Origin: a bacterium | GTDB taxonomy: Bacteria > Patescibacteriota > Minisyncoccia > UBA6257 > JAGOQP01 | Assembly: GCA_021780155.1 (NCBI GenBank) | Contig: JAJXZH010000032.1 | Coordinates: 8,889-72,888, forward strand | Reading direction: 5' to 3' | Length of the DNA stretch: 64,000 nucleotides | Part shown: in pieces, positions 7,639 to 17,437 of the stretch | Numbering within the stretch: position 1 is the first letter of the stretch | How the letters are laid out: the number at the start of each line of letters is the position of its first letter | Notes under the pieces: model-generated | Databases searched by the model: none | What the model saw: only the letters and a program-made list of their open reading frames with translations | Told to the model about the DNA's origin: nothing | Made by a program: the position numbers and the translations under genes

Positions 7639-10191
7639 ATGTCTGAAAATAACGAAAACGAAAAAAATAAATATTTGAGAATTGGAATTGAGCAGGTAAG
7701 TTTTAATCATTATTTGTTTAATGCCGATAGAATGGGTAGGTCGCTATCCAGAATATTTTTTTATGTTTTTTTTATTTTCGTTTTAGGAGCTATCGTCGCC
7801 GGATTTCTTTCCAATATTTCGCATTTGAATTGGGCGGCAGTTTTGGGGTCCCTTTTTGTATTGGATTATATTTTTCATTTTCGCTCATCGCATTTTTCCA
7901 TTAAAGCTTTATTAAAGGGAGAAATCCCGAAAAACAATGTCGCTCTTTGTGTTGATAGAGAATCTATCCATTATTCGGTTAATGCTTTTGAAAAAATATT
8001 GAGTTTGGGAGGAGATTTGAATTTGGCGATGATTATGGAGCTTATGGATACCGGTCCGGTAGAATTGGCGTTATCGAGATTGGACGTCTCAATAAAAGAT
8101 TTTAAGGAAAAAACGGAAAAAGAATTACAAAACTCAATAAACAATTCAAGTAAAGTTTCAAAAAGCGAACTCTTGGAGCAGATGAAAAAAATTTTTTGGC
8201 TAGCTGCAATTGATGCCGATTTTCACGGAAGACATTCGGTAGAAAGCGATCTACTGTTTTCATCTTTAACATCCGTCAACGATCCGTATATCTCAAAAAT
8301 AATGGATTTTTTTTCAATTAGCGCCCAAGACGTGGATTCGGCGATGGTTTTTGGAAAGTTTTCCAAAAGCAGATGGAGAATTCCTTTTTTTACCGGAGGA
8401 TTTGGAATGAAAATGGTAAAAATAAAACCATCAAGGGTTAATAGAACCTTTACTTCTCGCCCGACTCCGCTTTTGGACAATTTTTCGGAGGATATAACCG
8501 ATTTGGCCAGAGCCGGAGTGGAAGGTTTTTTGATAGGTCATCAAAAAGAATATGATCAGATGGTTGATATTTTATCAAGGCAGGGGAGCAGAAATGTTCT
8601 TTTAATAGGGGAACCCGGTATTGGCAAGGAATCTTTAGTGGCTCATTTGGCTTTGAATATTGTTTCCGACAATGTTCCAAAAACTCTTTTTGACAGAAGA
8701 TTGGTTAAGTTTTCGATAGGAGATTTAATATCACAAAGTTCTGAAAATGAAACTTCCGATCTTTTTGCCAAAATAGTCAAAGAAATAATAGCGGCGGGAA
8801 ATATAATTTTATACATACCAGAAATTCACTTGCTTGCCCAAAAAGCTCAATCCAGCTCCATTCAACTTTATGATTTTTTGATGCCGGTTATAAAGAGCGA
8901 TGCTTTTCCCGTCATCGGAGCGACTTATCCAAAAGAGTATAAAGAATATATTCAAAATGAAACCGGATTTTCCGAAGTTTTTGAAAACTTAAATATCGGA
9001 GAAATATCGCAACAAGAAGCGATAACTCTTTTGACTTACGATTCATTGGTTATGGAAAAAACATATAAAGTGTCTATAAATTTTTCAGCTATAAAGCAAG
9101 CGGTTTTTCTAGCGGGAAAATATTTCAATTATAAGCCATTGCCGGCAAATGCCAGAGAAATTTTTAAAGAAGCTCTTGCTTCTGCCACGCAAAAAGGGCA
9201 AAAAAGCATAAACGGAGACGATATTGCCGAAGTTGTAGAGAGAAAGATAAATGTTCCAATACACAAAACAGGGAAAGCGGAGGCTCAAACGCTTTTAAAT
9301 TTGGAGTCGATTATTCATGAAAATTATATAGACCAAGACAAAGCGGTGTCGGCAGTCTCCGAAGCTCTCAGGGCTTATCGTAGTGGTCTTTCTCGCAAAG
9401 GCGGGCCAATAGCAACTTTTCTTTTTGTTGGACCGACTGGAGTGGGGAAAACGGAATTATCCAAGATTTTGACCGAAATCCAATTCGGTTCGGAAAAATT
9501 CATGGTTCGTTTTGATATGTCCGAATATCAACAAAAAGAGAGCATCTCCCGTTTTATCGGTTCGACTGACGGAAAAATTGCCGGTTCTTTAACTGAGGCA
9601 ATTATTCAGAGCCCTTACAGTTTAATTTTGTTGGACGAGTTTGAAAAAGCTCATCCGGATATTTTAAATTTGTTTTTACAGGTTTTTGATGACGGAAGAT
9701 TGACCGATAGTTTGGGACGAGTGGTTGATTTTCAAAATACGATCATCATTGCGACATCGAACGCCCAGTCGGTTTATATTCAAGAACAGATTGCTGCCGG
9801 TAAAAAAATTCAGGATTTTGCCGATGAAATAAAGAAAAAATTATTTGATTATTTTAAGCCGGAATTGATTAACAGATTTTCTGACATTATAGTTTTCAAG
9901 CCGTTATCAAAAGAAGATATTACTAGTATCGCCAAAATAAATTTGGCGAGCTTGGCAAAAAATCTTGACGAATCACAAGGAATAGTTATTAAATTTGATG
10001 AAGACGCAATTGAAAAAATAGCCGCCTTAGGGTATGATCCGGCTTTTGGTGCCAGACCATTAAGAAGGGCAATTGACGAAAGTATCAAGTCGGAACTTTC
10101 CAAAGAAATTCTATCCGGTCGGATTTCAAAGGGGCAATCCGTTAATGTTGTTTTGGATCAATCCCAAAATTTTAAATTTGATATAATTTAA
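7639..10191 (+). CDS. Clp-family AAA+ chaperone ATPase (ClpA/B/C-like) with an atypical N-terminal TM region
   Basis: D2 domain has GPTGVGKTEL and LLDEFEKAHPDILNLFLQVFDDGRLTD. D1 Walker A reads GEPGIGKE, with E in place of T/S. A Clp_N-like repeat and TM helices lie at the N-terminus. Confidence 0.75.
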   Translation: MSENNENEKNKYLRIGIEQVSFNHYLFNADRMGRSLSRIFFYVFFIFVLGAIVAGFLSNISHLNWAAVLGSLFVLDYIFHFRSSHFSIKALLKGEIPKNNVALCVDRESIHYSVNAFEKILSLGGDLNLAMIMELMDTGPVELALSRLDVSIKDFKEKTEKELQNSINNSSKVSKSELLEQMKKIFWLAAIDADFHGRHSVESDLLFSSLTSVNDPYISKIMDFFSISAQDVDSAMVFGKFSKSRWRIPFFTGGFGMKMVKIKPSRVNRTFTSRPTPLLDNFSEDITDLARAGVEGFLIGHQKEYDQMVDILSRQGSRNVLLIGEPGIGKESLVAHLALNIVSDNVPKTLFDRRLVKFSIGDLISQSSENETSDLFAKIVKEIIAAGNIILYIPEIHLLAQKAQSSSIQLYDFLMPVIKSDAFPVIGATYPKEYKEYIQNETGFSEVFENLNIGEISQQEAITLLTYDSLVMEKTYKVSINFSAIKQAVFLAGKYFNYKPLPANAREIFKEALASATQKGQKSINGDDIAEVVERKINVPIHKTGKAEAQTLLNLESIIHENYIDQDKAVSAVSEALRAYRSGLSRKGGPIATFLFVGPTGVGKTELSKILTEIQFGSEKFMVRFDMSEYQQKESISRFIGSTDGKIAGSLTEAIIQSPYSLILLDEFEKAHPDILNLFLQVFDDGRLTDSLGRVVDFQNTIIIATSNAQSVYIQEQIAAGKKIQDFADEIKKKLFDYFKPELINRFSDIIVFKPLSKEDITSIAKINLASLAKNLDESQGIVIKFDEDAIEKIAALGYDPAFGARPLRRAIDESIKSELSKEILSGRISKGQSVNVVLDQSQNFKFDII

Positions 10192-10195
10192 TAAA

Positions 10196-10753
10196 ATGAT
10201 TAAAAACGAATCAAAGCCGTATTTTAGAAAAGAAAAAACCGATTTTAAGACAAATCCCTCAGAGAGAGAAATTTCTTCCGGCATTATAATTTATCGCAGA
10301 TATAAAGGAGAAATTCAGTTTTTGTTGCTTTATTACGGCAGGTCTCAATGGACTTTCCCAAGAGGGAAAATAGAAAAAGAAGAAAAAAGTTTTGCCACCG
10401 CCTTGAGAGAAACAAAAGAAGAAACCGGAATAGCAAAAAACGATATTCATTTTATTGACGGCTTTAGGGCTTATGAAAATTGGATTTATATCAAAAACAA
10501 TAAAAAAGTATTTAAGACGGTGATTTTTTATCTTGGCGAAACAGATAGAAGCAATGTAAAATTAGAAGAGCGCTCTCAGGGATTTGGTTGGTTTGGGTAT
10601 AGAGATGCGTTGAAAATTTTTTATGGACCGAGAAATAATGAAAACAGAAAGGTCTTGGTTAAAGCGAGCAATTTTTTGAACAATCAAGAAAGAAACAACA
10701 AAAAAGTTTCGACTTTGGCAAAAAAAGTTTTAAGTGGTGATGGGGGTGAATAA
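10196..10753 (+). CDS. NUDIX hydrolase
   Basis: Nudix box GKIEKEEKSFATALRETKEETGI. Confidence 0.75.
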   Translation: MIKNESKPYFRKEKTDFKTNPSEREISSGIIIYRRYKGEIQFLLLYYGRSQWTFPRGKIEKEEKSFATALRETKEETGIAKNDIHFIDGFRAYENWIYIKNNKKVFKTVIFYLGETDRSNVKLEERSQGFGWFGYRDALKIFYGPRNNENRKVLVKASNFLNNQERNNKKVSTLAKKVLSGDGGE

Positions 10754-10764
10754 AAAATAAAAAA

Positions 10765-12114
10765 ATGAACAAGGAAATTTTTAGACTCTATGACATCAGA
10801 GGGGAGTATCCTTCTTTAATCAATGAAAAAGAAGTTTTTGAAATTGGTTTCAAATTGACCTCAATTTTTAAGAGAGGCGCCAAAATAGTTATTGGGAGAG
10901 ATTCTCGATTAAGCTCTCCAAATTTAAGCAAAGCGCTTGAAGATGGACTTAACTCTGCCGGGTTTAATGTGGTGGATGTCGGAATTATTACCACTCCCAT
11001 GCTTGATTTTGCCGTCGATTTTTTTAAAGCCGAAGGCGGAGTGGTGGTAACGGCATCGCATAATCCAAAAAACGACAATGGTTTGGGGGTGGTTGATTCT
11101 TCGGGGCTTTTTATTGGAGGAGAGGATTTATTTTTAAAAATGTCTTCTTTAAAGAATAACTCTAAAACAAAGTTAAAGAAGACAAAAAACAAAACCATAA
11201 GAAAAAATATTGACTTAAAATATGCAGAAGAGCTCTCCCGTTATTTTGATGTTTCTAAAAAAACAAAAGCGGTAATAGACTGCTCCAATGGCTCTGCTTC
11301 GCCGGTAATAAATAAAATTAAATTTCCAAAAAATGTAGAAGCAATTATAATCAACGATAATCTTGATGGAAATTTTCCGGCGCATGGTCCGGATCCGACT
11401 CAAAAAATAGCTCAAAAATATATTGCTGATGCAGTTTTAAAATATAAAGCCGATATCGGGATTGTTTTTGATGGAGACGGCGACAGGGCTCTTTTTGCCG
11501 ATGGCAAAGGAAAAGTTATCAGACCCGAAAATATTTGGAGAATATTAGCGCAGGAGTCGGACAACAAGAAGCAACCGGTTGTTTTTACCGTCCTTTGTCG
11601 ATATATGATGGGTTTGATTAAAAATTCATCCGAGATTTCAGACGAGTTTGATTTTATAGAAACAAGAGTCGGTCATTTATTTATGAAAGACGTTTGTCGA
11701 AAAAATAAAGCTTTTGCCGGAGTGGAATCGTCTATGCATTATTATTTTCCGGAAGATAATTTTTCCGGCTCGGCGATTTTGGCAATGATAAAAGTTGTTG
11801 GTGCCGTTTCAAAATTGCCTTATGATTTTTATCAACTATTGGATATGTTACCCAAAATTTTTGTTTCTCAAGAAATTAATTTCAAATTTGATTTAAAAAA
11901 GCTTTCCGAGAGTTATTCAAAAATAAAGAAAATATTTTCCAAAAAAGGCAATAAAATTTATTTTATTGACGGAATTTCAGTTTTGTCTTCGGATTGGTGG
12001 TTTAATATTAGGCCATCAAACACGGAAGATCTGGTGAGGTTAAATATAGAAGCCAAAGAAAATAAAAAACTGGAAGAAATAAAAAAACATTTAACAAAAA
12101 TTTTATCAAAATAA
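10765..12114 (+). CDS. Phosphoglucomutase/phosphomannomutase family (phosphohexomutase)
   Basis: Active-site TASHNP motif; roughly 450 aa. Confidence 0.8.
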   Translation: MNKEIFRLYDIRGEYPSLINEKEVFEIGFKLTSIFKRGAKIVIGRDSRLSSPNLSKALEDGLNSAGFNVVDVGIITTPMLDFAVDFFKAEGGVVVTASHNPKNDNGLGVVDSSGLFIGGEDLFLKMSSLKNNSKTKLKKTKNKTIRKNIDLKYAEELSRYFDVSKKTKAVIDCSNGSASPVINKIKFPKNVEAIIINDNLDGNFPAHGPDPTQKIAQKYIADAVLKYKADIGIVFDGDGDRALFADGKGKVIRPENIWRILAQESDNKKQPVVFTVLCRYMMGLIKNSSEISDEFDFIETRVGHLFMKDVCRKNKAFAGVESSMHYYFPEDNFSGSAILAMIKVVGAVSKLPYDFYQLLDMLPKIFVSQEINFKFDLKKLSESYSKIKKIFSKKGNKIYFIDGISVLSSDWWFNIRPSNTEDLVRLNIEAKENKKLEEIKKHLTKILSK

Positions 12115-12136
12115 AATCCTCTAGCGAGGATTTTTG
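12110..12136. terminator. Bidirectional rho-independent terminator
   Basis: Hairpin aaatcctc/tagc/gaggattt flanked by A-runs and T-runs, between convergent genes. Confidence 0.55.
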
Positions 12137-12540
12137 TTATGGACGAAATCAGGCATTGGGCCGAGGTCTAACGTTTCTTCGGCTGGAATCGGGTCGCTTT
12201 CGTCGTTAATTGGGGGGATTTTCATAAAAACATTTCCGTTTTTCTCATAGCACAAGGACAAAACGACATTGCGGACATTTTCGGTAATGTGGCCGTCATT
12301 GTTGCAAAGAAAGAATTTGGAGAGAAGGTCGCAATAATCGGATTCCATTTCATACTTTGGGAATGCCGATTTTATCCAGAGTTTTCTGATGGCAATCAAT
12401 CCAACCCAGATATTTTCAAAATATTTTTTATCGTTTTTGATTTTGATTATGGCGGCAACGTTTTTTAACGCCTTGCAAATCCCATTGAACAAAATAATCT
12501 CAACTTCATGGTCGTTGGACAATCCGATGACGCTCGTCAT
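12121..12540 (-). CDS. Hypothetical protein
   Basis: ORF of 139 aa; no recognised motifs. Confidence 0.4.
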   Translation of the reverse strand: MTSVIGLSNDHEVEIILFNGICKALKNVAAIIKIKNDKKYFENIWVGLIAIRKLWIKSAFPKYEMESDYCDLLSKFFLCNNDGHITENVRNVVLSLCYEKNGNVFMKIPPINDESDPIPAEETLDLGPMPDFVHNKNPR

Positions 12541-12689
12541 TATCGCTTGCTCCTTTCCGAGTTGTTCTGATTAATAAAATACAATTTTAAATCGATTATG
12601 TCAAATATCGGTATTTGTTTAAATTAGTTTTGATTTGTGATAGAATAATTTTAATTATGGAGTTTTTAAAATTAAATTATTTTTAAAAA

Positions 12690-13727
12690 ATGGAATCAAA
12701 CAGGTCTCAGTCTTTACTTTTGGCGTTTCTCTTCTTCTTTTTGTTGATTGTGTCGTTTTTTATTGTTGAGCCGTATTTAACGGCAATTATCTTGTCGGCG
12801 GTGTTTGCTATAGCTTTTTGGCCGGTATATTTGAAAGTTTTGGAGATAATAAAATCAAAAGCGGCATCATCGCTTTTGATGGTGTTTTTGGTTTTGGTTG
12901 TTTTTTTGTTGCCGTTATTTTTTGTTGGTTCACAAGTTTTAAACGAAACATATAGTCTTTATAATTCATTTTTTTCCTCTTCGGGCAATGCTCAAATATC
13001 AAACTCCGTAAGTTGGCTTAATCAAAAGATAAACGAATCACTGCCGGCCTTTATGGGTCCTTTTGATTTGGCTTCTTATGCGCGTTCGGTTTTGGACTGG
13101 TTTTTGGGAAATGTCGCTCAAATTTTTACCGGCATTGCCAGGGGTTTTTTGATGTTTATTTTGAGTTTATTTATTTTATTTTATTTATTTAAAGACGGCA
13201 GAAGAATCAAAAAATTTCTCATCGAACATAGCCCGCTTAACGAGCCATACAACAGCTTATTTATAGAGAAAATGAAAGAGGCGACTAATTCGGTAGTAAG
13301 AGGTTCTTTGACTGTTGCTTTTTTACAAAGCATTGTTAGTGGCATCGGATTTTATATTTTTGGAATTCCCAATCCTTCTTTGTGGGGAGGCCTGACTTTT
13401 GTCGCTGCCTTTGTCCCGACTCTGGGAACTTCATTGATTATCATCCCGGTGATTATTTATAGTTTTTTTACTTCAAGCTTGATTATGTCGCTTGGACTTT
13501 TGATTTGGGGAATCTTGGCTGTTGGGTTGATAGATAATACTTTGGGGCCGATTCTTGTGGGCAAGGGAATGAAAGTCCATCCGCTCGTTGTTTTTATCGG
13601 GGTGATTGGAGGGGTGAGTGTTTTTGGGCCGATGGGTTTTGTGGTGGGGCCGATTGTTTTTGCTTTGCTTTATGCGGTTTCCGATGTTTATTTTAATTTA
13701 GTTAGAAAAGACAGGGAGGTCTCTTGA
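12690..13727 (+). CDS. AI-2E family transporter (UPF0118/PerM-like)
   Basis: Polytopic membrane protein with the characteristic GIPNPSLWGGLTFVAAFVP segment. Confidence 0.7.
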   Translation: MESNRSQSLLLAFLFFFLLIVSFFIVEPYLTAIILSAVFAIAFWPVYLKVLEIIKSKAASSLLMVFLVLVVFLLPLFFVGSQVLNETYSLYNSFFSSSGNAQISNSVSWLNQKINESLPAFMGPFDLASYARSVLDWFLGNVAQIFTGIARGFLMFILSLFILFYLFKDGRRIKKFLIEHSPLNEPYNSLFIEKMKEATNSVVRGSLTVAFLQSIVSGIGFYIFGIPNPSLWGGLTFVAAFVPTLGTSLIIIPVIIYSFFTSSLIMSLGLLIWGILAVGLIDNTLGPILVGKGMKVHPLVVFIGVIGGVSVFGPMGFVVGPIVFALLYAVSDVYFNLVRKDREVS

Positions 13728-13879
13728 GTTTGATTCTGCACCTTTTGATAATATTTTTTTGGAGCTTGTATTTTAAGATTTCCTATTCTATAACATAGCA
13801 AACATAGTGGGGCAAAGATTTTAATTGCCAAAAGGTGTGGGGTTGATTTTAACTTTAAAATAAATAAAATTGATAAACT

Positions 13880-14203
13880 ATGATAAATTATGATACTTTC
13901 AAACAAGTTGAGTTAAAAGTCGCCAAGATTTTTGAAGCCGAAAGAGTAGAAGGTTCCGAAAAGTTGATAAAGCTCCGAATTTCTTTAGGGGTCGAAGAGA
14001 GACAAATAGTTGCCGGAATTGGTTTAAAATATAATCCCGAAGATCTAATCGGAAAAAATATTATTGTCGTTTACAATTTGGAGCCGAGAAAATTAATGGG
14101 ATTGGAAAGCAATGGAATGTTGCTTGCGGCAAGCAATGAAGGGGATGGGCCGATTCTTTTGACGACAATGGAAGATATTTTGCCCGGTTCAAATATTAAT
14201 TAA
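13880..14203 (+). CDS. tRNA-binding domain protein (CsaA/Trbp111-like)
   Basis: OB-fold tRNA-binding signature VELKVAKIFEAERVEGSEKLIKLRISLG. Confidence 0.75.
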   Translation: MINYDTFKQVELKVAKIFEAERVEGSEKLIKLRISLGVEERQIVAGIGLKYNPEDLIGKNIIVVYNLEPRKLMGLESNGMLLAASNEGDGPILLTTMEDILPGSNIN

Positions 14204-14285
14204 ATCAGAAATTATCAAACTTCAATACTCAACATCTAAAAATTTTTGGATTTGAGTATTAAAGTTTGCCGCATTTGTGACTTTT

Positions 14286-14359
14286 GGGCCTGTAGTAAAA
14301 CGGTATTACGCAGCATTCGCATTGCTGAAGTAGGGGTTCAATTCCCCTCAGGTCCACCA
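14286..14359 (+). tRNA. tRNA-Ala(CGC)
   Basis: Cloverleaf with anticodon loop TTCGCAT, a G3:U70 wobble pair, T-loop TTCAATT, discriminator A and encoded CCA. Confidence 0.85.
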
Positions 14360-14394
14360 AGTATTTAAAAATTTTATAGAGTTGTTTAGACATC

Positions 14395-14421
14395 AACACT
14401 CTTGCCAAAGAGTGTTTTTTT
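14395..14421 (+). terminator. Rho-independent terminator after tRNA-Ala
   Basis: Stem aacactctt / loop gcca / aagagtgtt, followed by a T7 run. Confidence 0.65.
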
Positions 14422-14464
14422 ATGTATTGTTTGGTTAGCATTTTTCAAACGAAAGGAGACGGTT

Positions 14465-15034
14465 ATGGAAATCGATGATGGCTTGGAAGTTTTCGAAGGA
14501 AGCGATTGCCAAGGATCCGATTGTTACACTAAGAGGTGTCCGATCGATGGATTTGTCCAATTCAGCGAAGTGGTTGAATTGGAAAACCAGGAAATTTACA
14601 GAGCGGTTCTTTTGGATGAATCCAAAAAAGAGGTAGCAATCGGATTTATTGAAACGACAAAATTGGAAAACCAGGAAATTTACAGAGCAGTTCTTTTGGA
14701 TGAATCCAAAAAAGAGGTAGCGGTCGGATTTTTCCATCGTTCGGAAATTAAGCCATTTGATGCGGTTTATGTAAAAGTTATGAATGAAAACGAGGGTGGG
14801 TATCTGGTTTATTACAATGCCACATCTCAAAGTTATGGGTTTATGCAGGGAGGCGCCGTCTGGATTCCCAAAAATTTGTTGTCGGTAATGACAACTCGAA
14901 CGATCAGGGGTATTGCTGATGGCAGGATGGTAACTCTCAAGTGCAAATGTGGGGAAGAACTGGTGATGGCCGTTGGCCTACCAAGAACTTTGGCCGCGTG
15001 TCCCAAGTGCAAGTGTGTTGACCATGTTGTTTAA
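14465..15034 (+). CDS. Cys-rich hypothetical protein with an internal ~32-aa tandem duplication and a C-terminal zinc-ribbon-like CKC...CPKCKC motif
   Basis: RBS aaggaga sits 6 nt before the ATG at 14465. The 96-bp segments at 14576 and 14672 are about 97% identical. Confidence 0.5.
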   Translation: MEIDDGLEVFEGSDCQGSDCYTKRCPIDGFVQFSEVVELENQEIYRAVLLDESKKEVAIGFIETTKLENQEIYRAVLLDESKKEVAVGFFHRSEIKPFDAVYVKVMNENEGGYLVYYNATSQSYGFMQGGAVWIPKNLLSVMTTRTIRGIADGRMVTLKCKCGEELVMAVGLPRTLAACPKCKCVDHVV

Positions 15035-15047
15035 TTAATATCTTTTT

Positions 15048-15068
15048 GGGCGCTAAGCGCCCTTTTTT
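15048..15068 (+). terminator. Rho-independent terminator
   Basis: Stem gggcgc / loop taa / gcgccc, followed by a T6 run. Confidence 0.6.
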
Positions 15069-15082
15069 GTTATAATAAAATT

Positions 15083-15985
15083 ATGAGAAAAATAATTTAT
15101 TATGTGATTGTTTTATTGCTAATTTTTGTCGGAATTTTTTTATATTTTTATTTTAATAAAAACTCAAACTCAATTTCTACAAATCAAACGGGAGAAAAAA
15201 TTAAAATAGCCGCCACGATATTTCCGGTTTATGATATCGCCAGAAATATTGTTGGCGATAAAATTCAGGTTATTCAAGTAGTTCCTCCGGGAGCTAGTCC
15301 TCATACTTTTGAAGTTTCTCCCAAAACGGCAACAGAACTCCAAGGGGTTAAGGCAATATTTAAAATAGGAAACGGACTTGATGATTGGATTGATGGTGTC
15401 GCTCAAAGTGGCGCCCCCGATGCTCCGATTTTTATTCTTTCCCAAGGGATTGATTTGAGACGATTTTCTGATGGTAGTGTTGATCCTCATTACTGGTTGG
15501 CACTAAATAATGCGCAAACAATTGCTAAAAATATTTTTCAGGATATTTTGGAAATTGATCCTGCTAATAAAGATTATTATCAAAACAATCTGGATGCTTA
15601 TTTAATAAAACTTGATGTCGCCGACAAAAAAATATCGGCAACTTTGGCTAATGTCTCCCAAAAAAATATCGCTGTTTTTCATGATGCTTGGTATTATTTT
15701 ACTCAAAGATATGGGCTTAACGTTGTTACCGCCTTTGAGCCGTTTCCCGGAAAAGAGCCCACCCCCCAATACCTCTCGCAATTTATAAATGATATAAAAA
15801 AATATAATTTGAAAGTCGTTTTCATTGAGCCGCAATTTTCGGCTCAAAGCTTGGAACAGATTGCCAAAGACCAAGGGGTTAATCTAGTTTTAATCAATCC
15901 GGCCGATGGTGGCTCTTCGGGAAACGACGACTTGATAACATTACTTGAAAATGATGCTCAAATAATGGCATCTGTGCTAAAATAG
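15083..15985 (+). CDS. znuA: Metal (Zn/Mn) ABC transporter substrate-binding protein, ZnuA/TroA family
   Basis: N-terminal signal/TM segment, DPHYWL motif, cluster 9 SBP architecture. Metal specificity is not determinable from sequence. Confidence 0.7.
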   Translation: MRKIIYYVIVLLLIFVGIFLYFYFNKNSNSISTNQTGEKIKIAATIFPVYDIARNIVGDKIQVIQVVPPGASPHTFEVSPKTATELQGVKAIFKIGNGLDDWIDGVAQSGAPDAPIFILSQGIDLRRFSDGSVDPHYWLALNNAQTIAKNIFQDILEIDPANKDYYQNNLDAYLIKLDVADKKISATLANVSQKNIAVFHDAWYYFTQRYGLNVVTAFEPFPGKEPTPQYLSQFINDIKKYNLKVVFIEPQFSAQSLEQIAKDQGVNLVLINPADGGSSGNDDLITLLENDAQIMASVLK

Positions 15986-15989
15986 AAAA

Positions 15990-16697
15990 ATGGAACCTCT
16001 ACTGGATGTTAAAAATCTATCGGTAAAATTTGGTGACGTTTCCGTCTTGGAGAATGTTAATTTTTCTTTGGATAAAGGAGATATTTTAACGATTATCGGT
16101 CCCAATGGAGCCGGTAAGACGGTTTTGATAAAATCAATTTTGGGGCTGGTGGAACACAAAGGAGAGGTTAATTTTTTGGGCGATTCAATAATGAAACGAA
16201 TTGATGAAATTGGATATGTCCCTCAACGATTGGACTTTGACCGGACGTTTCCCATTACGGCAAAAGAGCTGATGGATTTAGTTTTAAAAAAATCAGACAT
16301 AAAAAATATGGAAATTGTTTGCAATCATTTGGAAATTGATAAATTACTTTCCAAAAAAATTGGAACACTTTCAGGAGGGCAATTGCAGAGAGTTTTAATC
16401 GCTCGCGCTGTTGCCGGCAGTCCAAAGCTTTTGATTATGGACGAACCGACGGCGGGGGTAGACATTGGAGGGGTAAGGAGTTTTTATGATATTGTTGGAC
16501 ATTTAAACAAGGAACACGGCATAACTATCATTTTGATTTCTCACGAAATAAACATGGTTTATTCTCTGGCAAGCAAAGTTTTGTGTTTAAATAAAAAAAT
16601 GATTTGCGTCGGTAATCCAAAAGAAGCAATCAGCAGAAACATTTTAGACAAGCTTTATGGAGGAAGCGTTGAACCAAGAGAGCATACTCATTTATAA
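15990..16697 (+). CDS. znuC: Metal ABC transporter ATP-binding protein
   Basis: Walker A GPNGAGKT, ABC signature LSGGQLQRV, Walker B LLIMDEPT. Confidence 0.8.
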   Translation: MEPLLDVKNLSVKFGDVSVLENVNFSLDKGDILTIIGPNGAGKTVLIKSILGLVEHKGEVNFLGDSIMKRIDEIGYVPQRLDFDRTFPITAKELMDLVLKKSDIKNMEIVCNHLEIDKLLSKKIGTLSGGQLQRVLIARAVAGSPKLLIMDEPTAGVDIGGVRSFYDIVGHLNKEHGITIILISHEINMVYSLASKVLCLNKKMICVGNPKEAISRNILDKLYGGSVEPREHTHL

Positions 16698-16755
16698 AAT
16701 TTCAGATTATAAAAAGCGTTTTATTGGTGGCAAGTTATCAAATTTAAATGAGCTA

Positions 16756-16784
16756 TTGATTTTTTATCATATTTGTGTTATAAT
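16756..16784 (+). promoter_or_regulatory. Sigma70-like promoter: -35 TTGATT, 17-nt spacer, extended -10 TGTTATAAT
   Basis: Located inside the znu cluster, upstream of the 164-aa ORF. Confidence 0.5.
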
Positions 16785-16858
16785 CTATTCAGAACGTTGA
16801 ATCAAACCGTGCTCATGAGTGTATAAAACACTAATGAGCCAAAAGAAGGAGGGCAAAA

Positions 16859-17353
16859 ATGTTTTTTAAGCGTAAAAGAATTACCGTGTTTGAGCATGGG
16901 GTTTTTTCTGTGGATGTTGATAGGTCTCAGAATTTTATTGACACTGTTGGGCGTTACGATGTGGTTAATGGCGATGTCGTTTCTTATCATTTTCCATCGT
17001 TGGACATGACTAGGGCAAAAAATCGAGAAGTAAAAATTTTGCTTGTCAGTTTCAACAAGGGGATGGAAGATGTTGAAGTAATGAGTGAGTTTTCTAGACG
17101 GGGACTAGATTTTGCTGATTTTTTTGAACTTCTCTCATTAGGCAATCAATATCCGGAAATCCAGAAAAAAATCAATGTATTAACTCTGGATTTTCATTCT
17201 ACATGGTATGAATTTTACAAGCCGATGGATGCGTATCGGCACTATCCATTTTTGTGCGTAGGAAATTCGCATTGTGGCCGCGGAATTGGAATGTTTCATT
17301 CCAACGAAGAGATCACTGCGGGGGCATTTTGGTTTGCGGCCGTGAGTAAATAA
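16859..17353 (+). CDS. Hypothetical protein with a Cys/His cluster, inserted between the znuC-like and znuB-like genes
   Basis: Strong RBS aaggaggg. C-terminal CVGNSHCGRGIGMFH. No recognised family. Confidence 0.45.
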   Translation: MFFKRKRITVFEHGVFSVDVDRSQNFIDTVGRYDVVNGDVVSYHFPSLDMTRAKNREVKILLVSFNKGMEDVEVMSEFSRRGLDFADFFELLSLGNQYPEIQKKINVLTLDFHSTWYEFYKPMDAYRHYPFLCVGNSHCGRGIGMFHSNEEITAGAFWFAAVSK

Positions 17354-17402
17354 TCATACGCATCAATACGGCTATTCAGAAAGGGGGTGTGATCATTGTT
17401 TT

Positions 17403-17437
17403 AAAAAACCCTACGCAGAATATTGTGTAGGGTTTTT
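17403..17437 (+). terminator. Rho-independent terminator
   Basis: Stem ccctacgc / gtgtaggg, followed by a T5 run. Confidence 0.6.

Noticed and set aside
14259-14441. 60-aa ORF on the minus strand
   Set aside because: Overlaps tRNA-Ala(CGC) and its terminator.
14576-14736. Diversity-generating retroelement (template/variable repeat pair)
   Set aside because: The mismatches between the copies are not adenine-specific, there is no reverse transcriptase nearby, and the copies are tandem and in frame within one gene.
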